From: an uncultured Clostridia bacterium
GTDB lineage: Bacteria; Bacillota; Clostridia; Lachnospirales; Lachnospiraceae
Assembly: GCA_947643415.1 (NCBI GenBank)
Contig: CANRWA010000011.1
Span: forward strand, 19,548 to 83,547
Direction of reading: 5' to 3'
DNA: 64,000 nt
The position numbers were made by a program, and so were the translations under genes. Below the pieces are notes generated by a model. It was not told the origin of the DNA and did no database searches. It saw nothing but the letters and a program-made list of their open reading frames with translations. Positions 26,966-36,364 of this stretch are shown here, in pieces (position 1 is the stretch's first letter; every line of letters begins with the position of its first letter).

Positions 26966-29290
26966 ATGAACAAAAGGAATAAATGGAAATGCCTGATTGC
27001 AATAGCAATGAGTACAGTGATGCTGATTCCCGCACAGATGGGATATGCAGCGGAGACGAGCGCAACAAAATCAGGCATAGAGGTCCGTGCAGAGAACCGG
27101 GGAGCAGATGCAAATGGATTTGATATTGATGAGAATGGTGTGCTGATAAAGTATACCGGGACGGCTGAGGATGTGGTGGTTCCCGATCATGTGACGAGTA
27201 TAGAGAATGCTGCCTTTTCTGGCTGTAGTAGTCTGAGAAGCGTAATTATTCCCTCCAGTGTGACAAGTATTGGGGATAGTGCATTTTCCCGCTGCTACGA
27301 CCTGACAAGTATAACGATCCCCTCTGGAGTGACGAGTATAGGGGATGAGGCATTTTTTTGCTGCGAAAGCTTAACAGGCATAACGATCCCTTCTGGAGTG
27401 ACAAGCATAGGGTATGAGACATTTTGGGGTTGCGACAGCTTGACAAGTATAACGATCCCCTCTGGAGTGACAAGCATAGGAGAGCTTGCATTCTGGGGCT
27501 GTAGCGGTCTGACAAGTATAACAATCCCCTCCAGCCTGACAAGTATAGATAGAGGTGCATTTGAGGTCTGCAGCGGCCTGACAAGTATAACGATCCCCTC
27601 TGGTGTGACAAGCATAGGGGAAGATGCATTTAGTGGCTGCAGCGGTCTTGCAAGCATAAATGTGGAAGAAGGGAATGAGAGGTATGACAGCCGTGGAAAT
27701 TGTAATGCAATCATAGAAAAAGAAAGTCATACACTTATGTTTGGCTGTAAGAATACAACAATCCCATCTGGCGTGATAAACATAGGAGATAATGCGTTTC
27801 AGTATTGCAGCGGTCTGACAAATATAACAATTCCCTCCAGTGTGACAAGCATAGGAGATAGTGCATTTCAGTATTGCAGCGGTCTGACAAATATCACGAT
27901 CCCCTCTGGAGTGACGCGCATAGGCGAGCAAATATTTCAGTACTGCAGCGGTCTGACAAGTATCACAATCCCATCCGGCGTGACGGACATAGGGGCATTT
28001 GCGTTTCAGGGCTGCAGCGGTCTGACAAGCATCACAATCCCATCTGGCGTGACAAGCATCGGGCATTATGCATTTTGTGGCTGCAGCGGGCTTTCAAGTA
28101 TGTCGATTCCCTCTAGCGTGGCAAGCATAGGGCAGGATGCATTCACTAGCTGCAGTGGACTTGCAGGCATAAATGTGGAAGAGGGGAATAAGACATATGA
28201 CAGCCGGGAAAATTGTAATGCGATCATAGAAAAAGAAAGCAGTACGCTCCTAGTTGGCTGTAAGAATACAACAATCCCCTCTGGAGTGACAAGCATAGGG
28301 GCTGCAGCATTTTATGACTGCAGCAGCCTTACGGAAATAACAATTCCGCCTAGTGTGACAAGTATCGGGGCGTGTGCATTTTGGGGCTGCAGCGGTCTGA
28401 CAGGAATCACAATTCCCTCCAGCGTGACAAGTATCGGGGGGTGGGCATTTCGGCAATGCAGTGAACAGTTGACAATTTATGGGGAATCCGGTTCTAATGC
28501 AGAAACCTATGCAAAAACAAATAATATTTTATTCTCTCCTATAGAAAAAAGACCACAAATTACAGTAGAAAAAATAATTTCTGATAAGGATGTAACTATA
28601 AGCCAGACAGTCTATGGCTATGATGGAAAAGCTAAGACACCAGAAGTTACTGTCAAAGATGGGGACAGAATCCTGACAGAAAATACAGATTACATCATTG
28701 TTTATAGTGACAATGTCAATGCAGGGACAGCTAAAGTATCCGTCACAGGAAAGGGAAATTATAAAGGAACAGTGACAAAAGATTTCACCATCATGATAAA
28801 GAAAGACACCGTGCATAAAGCAGGTTCTTTCCGGCATAAGGTTACAGGTGCATCATCCGTATCAGTGGCTGCTGTGAATAGCAGAAAAACCAAAAAAGTA
28901 AAGATTCCGGGGACAGTGGAGATTGGAGGGAAAACATTTAAGGTTACGTCCATCGCCAAAAATGCCTTTAAGAAGAATACAGATATCGTTAGCGTTGAGG
29001 TTGGGGACAATGTAAAGGACATCGGCGCATCAGCCTTTGAAGGCTGCACAAAGCTTAAGAAGGTTACAGTTGGAAAAGGTGTCACAAAGATTGGCAGCGG
29101 TGCATTCAGGAAATGCAGGAAACTCGGAACGATAACGATTAAGTCTGTCAATCTGAAAAAAGTCGGTAAGAATGCCCTGAAGGGAATTAAGGCTGTGGCA
29201 AAAGTGAAAGTCCCTTCAAAGAAATTATCCAGATACAAGAAACTGTTTAAGAATAAAGGGCAGGGAAAAAAGGTAAAAGTCGCGAAATGA
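26966..29290 (+). CDS. BspA-like leucine-rich-repeat (TpLRR/LRR_5) surface protein with Ig-like domain and Lys-rich C-terminal LRR module
   Basis: Signal peptide; 16 repeats of ITIPSGVTSIGxxAFxxCSGLTS; YSDNVNAGTAKVSVTGKGNYKG Ig-like unit; basic C-terminal module shared with the large GH2. Confidence 0.9.
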   Translation: MNKRNKWKCLIAIAMSTVMLIPAQMGYAAETSATKSGIEVRAENRGADANGFDIDENGVLIKYTGTAEDVVVPDHVTSIENAAFSGCSSLRSVIIPSSVTSIGDSAFSRCYDLTSITIPSGVTSIGDEAFFCCESLTGITIPSGVTSIGYETFWGCDSLTSITIPSGVTSIGELAFWGCSGLTSITIPSSLTSIDRGAFEVCSGLTSITIPSGVTSIGEDAFSGCSGLASINVEEGNERYDSRGNCNAIIEKESHTLMFGCKNTTIPSGVINIGDNAFQYCSGLTNITIPSSVTSIGDSAFQYCSGLTNITIPSGVTRIGEQIFQYCSGLTSITIPSGVTDIGAFAFQGCSGLTSITIPSGVTSIGHYAFCGCSGLSSMSIPSSVASIGQDAFTSCSGLAGINVEEGNKTYDSRENCNAIIEKESSTLLVGCKNTTIPSGVTSIGAAAFYDCSSLTEITIPPSVTSIGACAFWGCSGLTGITIPSSVTSIGGWAFRQCSEQLTIYGESGSNAETYAKTNNILFSPIEKRPQITVEKIISDKDVTISQTVYGYDGKAKTPEVTVKDGDRILTENTDYIIVYSDNVNAGTAKVSVTGKGNYKGTVTKDFTIMIKKDTVHKAGSFRHKVTGASSVSVAAVNSRKTKKVKIPGTVEIGGKTFKVTSIAKNAFKKNTDIVSVEVGDNVKDIGASAFEGCTKLKKVTVGKGVTKIGSGAFRKCRKLGTITIKSVNLKKVGKNALKGIKAVAKVKVPSKKLSRYKKLFKNKGQGKKVKVAK
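27173..28470 (+). repeat. Coding tandem repeat: 16 x 69-bp LRR units in blocks of 7, 6 and 3, separated by two copies of a ~34-aa insert
   Basis: ATCCCCTCTGGAGTGACAAGCATAGG-like units recur every 69 bp. The insert INVEEGN..YDSR.NCNAIIEKES.TL..GCKN occurs twice. Confidence 0.88.
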
Positions 29291-29308
29291 TAATATAGCT
29301 AAAGCAGG

Positions 29309-29350
29309 GGAACAGCACCAATTTGAACGTGTTCAAATTGGTGCTGTTCC
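29309..29350. terminator. Perfect 20-bp inverted repeat between convergent genes, built from two inverted copies of the REP-like unit; probable bidirectional terminator
   Basis: GGAACAGCACCAATTTGAAC-gt-GTTCAAATTGGTGCTGTTCC. The arm matches the family consensus at 16 of its first 18 nt. Confidence 0.7.
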
Positions 29351-29375
29351 GTTAGGCAGATGAAATTTTTTCCTG

Positions 29376-30299
29376 TCAAGGCTTAATGACCGTTCCCATT
29401 CGTTCCTTAATTCCCTGATAGGCATTTTCAAGCTTTGTGATAATGGCTGTCCGTCCCTCACCAGAGGACACAAAAGAAACGCCAGCGTCCATCTTGGGCA
29501 GGGTGGTCAGGGGGTCAAAGTGTCCCTCGTCAATGAGACAGATGGCATCTGCCACGCTGATGTTTCCAATGGCCTGCTGTCCATCCTCTGTGGTGAGCTG
29601 TTCTTTTGAGGTGAGAATCAGGAGATGGGAGGCATCAATCATATCAGCAAGTTTCGCGGCAGTATAATCCTTTTCGATCACAGCGCTGGCGCCTTTTAGT
29701 TTTGTTCCCTGTTCCATCACCGGGATACCGCCGCCTCCTGCTGCGATGACGAGCTGTCCGGCATCCAGCAGCGCTGTGATGGCATCTACCTCATAGATAT
29801 CTACCGGACGGGGGGAGGCGATGATACGGCGGTAGCCCTCTCCTTCTTTGACAACATAGTTTCCTTTTTCTTCCTCTGTGTCTGCCTCTTCTTTTGACAT
29901 AACGCGGCCGATCACTTTTGTGGGATGTTGGAATGCCTTGTCAAAAGGGTCTACACGGACTTGTGTGATAATAGTGGACACAGTCTTAAAGATTCCCCTG
30001 TCCAGAAGTTCGGTACGGATGGCATTCTGCAGGTCGTAGCCGATATAACCCTGGCTCATGGCGCCGCAGAGTGACATTGGTGCTACTGTATAATGATTGT
30101 CCAGACGGGCGAACTCTGTCATGGCAGTCTGGATCATGCCAACCTGGGGACCATTGCTGTGGGTGATGACGATCTGGAATTTCTGCTCCACCAGATCGGC
30201 GATGGCTTCTGCTGCTTTCTTGACATTTTTCTGCTGCTCCGGGAAAGTTTCGCCAAAGGCATTGCGTCCCAGGGCAACCACGATTCGTTTATTTTTCAT
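29376..30299 (-). CDS. arcC: Carbamate kinase
   Basis: IVVALGRNA, ITHSNGPQVG, SQGYIGY, GYRRIIASPRP, GGGGIPV, AVIEKD motifs. Confidence 0.9.
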   Translation of the reverse strand: MKNKRIVVALGRNAFGETFPEQQKNVKKAAEAIADLVEQKFQIVITHSNGPQVGMIQTAMTEFARLDNHYTVAPMSLCGAMSQGYIGYDLQNAIRTELLDRGIFKTVSTIITQVRVDPFDKAFQHPTKVIGRVMSKEEADTEEEKGNYVVKEGEGYRRIIASPRPVDIYEVDAITALLDAGQLVIAAGGGGIPVMEQGTKLKGASAVIEKDYTAAKLADMIDASHLLILTSKEQLTTEDGQQAIGNISVADAICLIDEGHFDPLTTLPKMDAGVSFVSSGEGRTAIITKLENAYQGIKERMGTVIKP

Positions 30300-30385
30300 G
30301 GTATCTGTGTCACTCCTTTATTTGCAGCCTGGCAGCATTTGTTTGAATTGCAGTCGGGCTGGATCCATTTATAGAAATATTCTAT

Positions 30386-30511
30386 ATTATAACAAATAAG
30401 AGCCTATGGTTCAATGCATTCTTGTCATATTCCAGACAATCCTATGATAGTTAGTTTGCCAAGAAAGTTAGTTCAATGCATTCTTGCCAAATTATGAGAA
30501 ATAAAGTATAA
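30386..30511. promoter_or_regulatory. Divergent promoter region with a 16-bp direct repeat
   Basis: Minus strand TTGAAC-N17-TATAAT (30414-30386); plus strand TTGCCA-N17-TATAAT (30483-30511). GTTCAATGCATTCTTG occurs at 30409 and 30471. Confidence 0.55.
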
Positions 30512-30607
30512 TGAAACTAAGAATGGCTCACAGTTGTGTTGGGAAACAGTGCCGGGAATCATATGGGGAAAGGTGTTCCCTGGTACAGAAGATGAGGAGG
30601 GGTGCGT

Positions 30608-32212
30608 ATGGAACTGGAATTTATAGGGGCGGATCATGAGGTGACGGGAAGCTGTCACTTTATGTCAGTGGGAGACAAAAAGTTCTGTATAGATATTGGT
30701 ATGGAGCAAGGGCAGGATATATTTGAAAATCAGGAGATCCCGGTGAATCCATCGGAGTTGGATTTCGTATTCCTGACGCATGCCCACATTGATCATACGG
30801 GTCTTCTGCCGATGCTATATGCAAGAGGATTCCGGGGACAGGTCTATGCCACGAAAGCGACTGTGGATCTGAGCCGCATCATGTTGAGGGATAGTGCGCA
30901 TATCCAGCAGTTTGAGGCAGAGTGGAGGAACCGTAAGGCGCAGCGTTCCGGCGGTGCGTCCTATGAGCCTTTATATACGATGGAAGATGCTGTAGGGGCG
31001 ATCCGTCTGTTGATACCCTGTGCCTATGACAGTATGATACATATTTGTGATGAGGTAACCATCCGGTTTACGGATGTGGGGCATCTGCTTGGTTCTGCTT
31101 CCATTGAGGTTTTTGCCAGGGAGAACGGACAGGAGAGGGTTGTCGTTTTTTCAGGAGATCTGGGAAATATGAACAAACCGATTCTCCGTAATCCGATTTA
31201 CACAAAAGCAGCAGACTATGTAGTGATGGAGTCCACCTATGGTGACCGTATCCATGGGGAGGACACACCGGATTACACAGGGGAGCTTGCCAGTATCATC
31301 CAGGATACCTTTGAGCGTGGAGGCAATGTAGTGATTCCCTCCTTTGCGGTGGGAAGGACACAGGAACTTCTGTATTTCCTGAGACAGATCAAAGAACAGA
31401 AGCTTGTGACGAAGAATCCGGATTTTGAAGTTTATGTAGACAGCCCTCTCGCTGTGGAGGCAACAAATATATTTGGAAAGAATGTAAATGAATGTTTTGA
31501 TGAGAAGGCCAGGGGATTGGTGGCAAAGGGGATCAACCCCATTGGTTTTCCGGGGTTGAAGCTGTCCATCACCAGTGATGACAGTAAAGCCATTAACTTT
31601 GATATGCAGCCGAAGGTAATCCTGTCAGCGTCAGGAATGTGTGAGGCCGGGCGTATCCGCCACCATCTGAAACACAATCTCTGGCGGGCGGACAGTACCA
31701 TTGTTTTTGCCGGATACCAGACAAGGGGGACACTGGGGCGTGCGATCCTGGAAGGGGCAGACTCTGTGAAACTGTTTGGTGAAACGGTTGAGGTTAAGGC
31801 GAAGATTGTAAGGCTGGCAGGAATCAGCGGCCATGCAGATAAGAACGGGCTGCTGAAATGGGTGAATAGCTTTACAGAGAGGCCGCCGAAGCATGTGTTT
31901 GTTGTACATGGGGAAGACAGGGTGTGTACCGAATTTACGAAGACACTGGAAGATTCCGGATATATTGCCTCAGCGCCATACAGTGGGACGGTCTTCGACC
32001 TGGTGAGCGGTGAGTTTGTGAAGGTGGCAGAACCGGTAATGATGAAGAAGAAGTCGGCAGCGACAAAACGTGCCGGCGACCTGTTCCAGAGGCTCCTGAC
32101 AGCTGGACAGAGGCTGCTTTCCATTATTCGCAAGAATGAGGGACTTAGCAATAAGGATACAGCCAAATTTACGGATCAGATTAATGCTTTGTGTGATAAA
32201 TGGGAAAGATAA
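30608..32212 (+). CDS. MBL-fold beta-CASP ribonuclease (YSH1/RNase J-like family)
   Basis: THAHIDH, GHLLGSAS, VFSGDLG, MESTYG, FAVGRTQE, SGHAD and VHGE motifs. Confidence 0.92.
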   Translation: MELEFIGADHEVTGSCHFMSVGDKKFCIDIGMEQGQDIFENQEIPVNPSELDFVFLTHAHIDHTGLLPMLYARGFRGQVYATKATVDLSRIMLRDSAHIQQFEAEWRNRKAQRSGGASYEPLYTMEDAVGAIRLLIPCAYDSMIHICDEVTIRFTDVGHLLGSASIEVFARENGQERVVVFSGDLGNMNKPILRNPIYTKAADYVVMESTYGDRIHGEDTPDYTGELASIIQDTFERGGNVVIPSFAVGRTQELLYFLRQIKEQKLVTKNPDFEVYVDSPLAVEATNIFGKNVNECFDEKARGLVAKGINPIGFPGLKLSITSDDSKAINFDMQPKVILSASGMCEAGRIRHHLKHNLWRADSTIVFAGYQTRGTLGRAILEGADSVKLFGETVEVKAKIVRLAGISGHADKNGLLKWVNSFTERPPKHVFVVHGEDRVCTEFTKTLEDSGYIASAPYSGTVFDLVSGEFVKVAEPVMMKKKSAATKRAGDLFQRLLTAGQRLLSIIRKNEGLSNKDTAKFTDQINALCDKWER

Positions 32213-32254
32213 TAGTTCCTAAGAGGAAGAAAGACGGATAAAGGAGGTAACGTT

Positions 32255-34036
32255 GTGGTAGGAGAAGTAAATATAATGGCAGAGGCTGATCAGAACAGGA
32301 TAAAAGATGAGTTAAGAGAGCTGGTTCTCAGTCATTTTTATTCTTTCTATGCCCGTCAGAATATGGAAGAAACTTTAAAGCATGTGAGCCAGGATGTGAA
32401 TTGGATCGGTTCCAGGGAACATTTTTATGCACATGATAGAGACGAATACGAGAGACTTCTCCGAAAGGAACTGGAAACAATCCCGGAGGATTGTGTGGTA
32501 AAGACAGAAAAGATCGAGATTGTGATTATAAATCCGGAGTGCTATGAGGTTAGCGGCAGACTGGAGCTGAAACTTCCTTTTTTAAGCCAGATTGCCTATT
32601 CAAAATTGCGTTTTTCTATGGTTATCATACGAAGAGATGGCGATTATGAGATTACTATGATCCATACATCAGGCTGTAGTGAGAGCTGGGTTTCAGGCGG
32701 GGAGACAAGAGAGGTGCCAGACAGGTTTTCTCCCAGAGAACAGAGCAGGCGGAGCCAGAAGGATTCTCTTACTGGATTGTATCTGTTGGAACATTTTAAG
32801 GATAAAGCAAAACAGATTCTGGACGGATCGGCAGAGGATGAGAAATATGTTATGCTCTGTACGGATGTGACGAATTTTGAACGGGTTAATAATCTATACG
32901 GATTGAAGCAGGCAGATCAGATCCTTCTGGAACTTGCCAATCTGTTCCGCATGTCAGAGAATAGGATGAAATGTGCCTGCCGTAGTATAGCAGACCATAT
33001 TCTTGTGCTCACAACATATGAAGATAAGAAAGAACTGAAGAAACGGCTGCAGAATCTCTGTGATTCGTTTGGTAAGATCGTGAAAGACAGATATCAGGAG
33101 GCGTCGCCAAGGCTCGGGGTCGGCGTATATGAGATCAAGAACAAAAAAGAAGAGATCGAGGATATCGTAGAACATGCCAATGTAGCACGCAAAGGGCTTC
33201 GGCTGAGCGCCAGCAGCACGATCGTTTTTTATGATGATCATTTGACACAGGGCATCGACAGGACGAGAGAGATAGAAAGCAGGATGGAGAATGCACTGGT
33301 CAATGGTGAATTCAAAGTATACCTCCAGCCCAAATACAATCTGGAAAGTGGCAGGATCGCCGGGGCGGAGGCATTGTGCCGCTGGATACCGGATGATGGC
33401 ATGGCGATCTATCCGGATGAATTTATCCCTGTCTTTGAGGAAAACGGTTTTATCAGCAAATTGGACTATTATATGCTGAACCGGGTCTGTGAGATGATCC
33501 AGAAAAGGCAGTCAGAGGGAAAGGGAAATGTCCGGGTATCGGTGAACCAGTCCCGTGTTCTGCTGAGCGATGAACAGTATCAGGACAAGGTGGCAGAAGT
33601 GCTGGAGCGGTATGGAAGCCTGGGGCAGTATATCGAGTTGGAGCTGACAGAGAGGATCTTCCAGGATGATCTGTCAGAGTTTGCCAGGATCATGGATGAG
33701 GTGAGACAGCTTGGCATCCAGTGGTCGATCGATGATTTTGGAACGGGATATTCTTCCCTTAACCTGCTGAAGGAGCTGCCGGTGGATATCATTAAGATCG
33801 ATAAATCTTTTCTGGATGAGGCAGAAACATCGGAGGCTAGTAAGATCATTATAAGAAAAACGGTGGAATTGACACAGGCACTGGATAAATATGTGGTCTG
33901 TGAGGGAGTTGAGACAGAATCTCAGGCGGATTATCTGCGGGAGATCAGTTGTGATATGGCACAGGGATATCTGTATGCCAGACCTATGCCCATGGATCAG
34001 TTTGAGAATATGCTGGATAAGGAGATGACATTGTGA
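32255..34036 (+). CDS. SnoaL/NTF2-like sensor + degenerate GGDEF + EAL c-di-GMP phosphodiesterase
   Basis: AEALCRW, IELELTE, DDFGTGYSSL, IKID and EGVET are intact. The GGDEF position reads SIADH (degenerate). The N-terminal domain has a SnoaL-like pattern (VNWIGS). Confidence 0.85.
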   Translation: MVGEVNIMAEADQNRIKDELRELVLSHFYSFYARQNMEETLKHVSQDVNWIGSREHFYAHDRDEYERLLRKELETIPEDCVVKTEKIEIVIINPECYEVSGRLELKLPFLSQIAYSKLRFSMVIIRRDGDYEITMIHTSGCSESWVSGGETREVPDRFSPREQSRRSQKDSLTGLYLLEHFKDKAKQILDGSAEDEKYVMLCTDVTNFERVNNLYGLKQADQILLELANLFRMSENRMKCACRSIADHILVLTTYEDKKELKKRLQNLCDSFGKIVKDRYQEASPRLGVGVYEIKNKKEEIEDIVEHANVARKGLRLSASSTIVFYDDHLTQGIDRTREIESRMENALVNGEFKVYLQPKYNLESGRIAGAEALCRWIPDDGMAIYPDEFIPVFEENGFISKLDYYMLNRVCEMIQKRQSEGKGNVRVSVNQSRVLLSDEQYQDKVAEVLERYGSLGQYIELELTERIFQDDLSEFARIMDEVRQLGIQWSIDDFGTGYSSLNLLKELPVDIIKIDKSFLDEAETSEASKIIIRKTVELTQALDKYVVCEGVETESQADYLREISCDMAQGYLYARPMPMDQFENMLDKEMTL

Positions 34037-35595
34037 AAAAAGTGCGTAAGACAATTATTATAACATTTATTATAATGGTTGCGCTGACAGCAGGAATCAT
34101 TTTTCTGATGACCAGATCAAAGCCGGTATCGGATGATTTTGCTGGCCAGATCATGCAGGATCAGAGCGATCAGACAGAGAAACGTGCTTATCTCACTGAG
34201 ATGGAACAGAATGCGAAGCCGCTGCAAATGTCCGGAGATAATAAAAATGTTCTGAATTTTGACAGTAAAGATGTATATAATGTGGCAGAATCCACAGCGG
34301 CAAGAGAACGTCTTGACCGTGTGATCAAGAGGATCACGCCAACCTTTGAGGATCCTGTCATTGCGGCGAATCCATTTGGCACCAATCTGAATTCATTTTA
34401 TTTTTATTTCACAACGGATCTTCCGTATATTGTGCGGTATACGATTACGGTGGCAGACAGGTCTATACCAGATTTTATCCGATATGTGAATAACGGACAG
34501 GAAAACAACTTATCAAAAAAACATGAATTCACACTGAGCGGGCTTGTTCCGGGTATGACAAATTTTATTATATTAGATGTACTGGACCACAGCGGCAATG
34601 TGAGGAAGACCCAGACATACAAGTATGATGCACAGGGTGTGCCAGTGGGGGTAAGGTTGTCTGTACAGAAGGGAAATTCCAAGGACAGTGCGCACAATGG
34701 GCTGTATTTTGTCCTTCCGGCAGGCGATAAGGGGATTTATGCCTATGACAATTCAGGCATTCTCCGGAATGCGACGCTGACAGAGACTGGTCATGGAGGC
34801 CGGATCTACCAGTCAGGGGAGTGTATTCTGTATCAGGTGTCGGATACCAAAGCAGCGAAAGTGTCTGCTACAGGACAGGTGCTTGGCACAGCAGAAATCA
34901 AGGGGTATGGAAAGATACGGGATTTTGCCTATGATGGTTATGACAATATTTATTCCCTTGTCAGGAAGAAGAAAAGGGATTATCTGCTGGCAACTTCATT
35001 CCAGACAGGGAAAACAAGGGTTGCCTATACACTTCCAAAGAAGGTTAAGGCGGTCTCCATTGCCATGCAGGGAGGCGGGACTGTCTATATTGCCTGTGAA
35101 GCCCCCAATGCAATACTGAAGGTGGAGGCGCTGACCAGCCAGGCGCCAAGAGTGGCGCTGATCCTTGGGAAAAAGGATGACTGGAAGAAGATTCCGTCAA
35201 AGAAAAACTCATGGAAGAAGAAAGTGACAGAGGATAAAGACCCGGCAAACTGGAACATGAAGACCGCAGTCCTGAATTTGGTCCAGGACAGGTCTGACGG
35301 CATCACAGACAGGATGTCAGCCTATCTGATGAACCAGGGAAAGGGAACCGGTGTTGTATTTACTGTGGACGGAAAGGGCAAGAGCACGGCGGTCAACCAT
35401 TCATTCCCTACAGGACAGGCTGGCAGGTGCGGCTGTGAAGTATATGAGGACCATTTCCTTATTTCAAATTTCGATCAGGGGGTTTTTGCGGAATATGACG
35501 AAAGAGGGAAAGTCACGAAGGAATTTTCAGCAGGTGGGGCAGTTTCCTATGTCACGAAACTTTCGCTGAATGGGATGTGTTTCTATAATGGGTAA
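34033..35595 (+). CDS. Membrane-anchored protein with arylsulfotransferase N-terminal Ig-like domain and beta-propeller-like C-terminus
   Basis: N-terminal TM; ANPFGTNLNSFYFYFTT...KHEFTLSGLVPGMTNFI resembles the ASST N-domain. Start overlaps the upstream stop (GTGA). Confidence 0.6.
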   Translation: MKKVRKTIIITFIIMVALTAGIIFLMTRSKPVSDDFAGQIMQDQSDQTEKRAYLTEMEQNAKPLQMSGDNKNVLNFDSKDVYNVAESTAARERLDRVIKRITPTFEDPVIAANPFGTNLNSFYFYFTTDLPYIVRYTITVADRSIPDFIRYVNNGQENNLSKKHEFTLSGLVPGMTNFIILDVLDHSGNVRKTQTYKYDAQGVPVGVRLSVQKGNSKDSAHNGLYFVLPAGDKGIYAYDNSGILRNATLTETGHGGRIYQSGECILYQVSDTKAAKVSATGQVLGTAEIKGYGKIRDFAYDGYDNIYSLVRKKKRDYLLATSFQTGKTRVAYTLPKKVKAVSIAMQGGGTVYIACEAPNAILKVEALTSQAPRVALILGKKDDWKKIPSKKNSWKKKVTEDKDPANWNMKTAVLNLVQDRSDGITDRMSAYLMNQGKGTGVVFTVDGKGKSTAVNHSFPTGQAGRCGCEVYEDHFLISNFDQGVFAEYDERGKVTKEFSAGGAVSYVTKLSLNGMCFYNG

Positions 35596-35691
35596 ATTTT
35601 GTTAAAAAAGTGTAAAAAACAGTTGAGATTATGTGCTTATCAGTTGTATAATAAGCATATGATATAAAATTACTTTTAGGAGGGTAAAGCA

Positions 35692-36345
35692 ATGAGATTT
35701 TTTATTGACACTGCAAATGTGGAAGACATTAAAAAGGCAAATGATATGGGGGTTATCTGTGGTGTAACAACGAATCCATCTTTGATCGCAAAAGAGGGGC
35801 GTGATTTCAATCAGGTGATCGCTGAGATCGCATCCATTGTAGACGGTCCGATCAGCGGAGAAGTAAAGGCTACTACAACAGATGCAGAAGGTATGATCGC
35901 AGAAGGACGTGAGATTGCCAAGATCCATGAGAACATGGTTGTTAAGATCCCTATGACAGCAGAGGGGCTGAAAGCAACAAAGGCTCTTACCAGCGAGGGG
36001 ATCAAAGTAAATGTGACGTTGATCTTCAGCGCGAACCAGGCACTTCTTGCTGCCAGGGCAGGAGCTACTTATGTTTCTCCATTCTTGGGACGTCTGGATG
36101 ATATCTCTCAGGCAGGTATTGACCTGATCCGTGATATCGCTGAGATCTTTGCGATTCATGATCTGGATACACAGATCATCGCTGCCAGCGTTCGTAATCC
36201 GATCCATGTGACAGACTGTGCCCTGGCTGGTGCAGATATTGCTACGGTACCTTATGGTGTTATCGACCAGATGACAAAGCATCCATTGACGGATGCGGGT
36301 ATTGATAAGTTCCAGAAAGACTACATCGCTGTATTTGGTGAATAA
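35692..36345 (+). CDS. fsa: Fructose-6-phosphate aldolase / transaldolase (family 3B)
   Basis: [21 protein letters not shown] (Schiff-base Lys), [25 protein letters not shown]. Confidence 0.93.
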   Translation: MRFFIDTANVEDIKKANDMGVICGVTTNPSLIAKEGRDFNQVIAEIASIVDGPISGEVKATTTDAEGMIAEGREIAKIHENMVVKIPMTAEGLKATKALTSEGIKVNVTLIFSANQALLAARAGATYVSPFLGRLDDISQAGIDLIRDIAEIFAIHDLDTQIIAASVRNPIHVTDCALAGADIATVPYGVIDQMTKHPLTDAGIDKFQKDYIAVFGE

Positions 36346-36364
36346 TTTAAGAAGGAGACTGATT

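Noticed and set aside
27173-28470. Regularly spaced repeats as a possible CRISPR array or DGR
   Set aside because: The 69-bp in-frame units encode LRRs. There are no unique spacers between identical repeats, no cas genes and no reverse transcriptase.
32750-33240. Active diguanylate cyclase
   Set aside because: The GG(D/E)EF signature is replaced by SIADH, so the domain is treated as degenerate.
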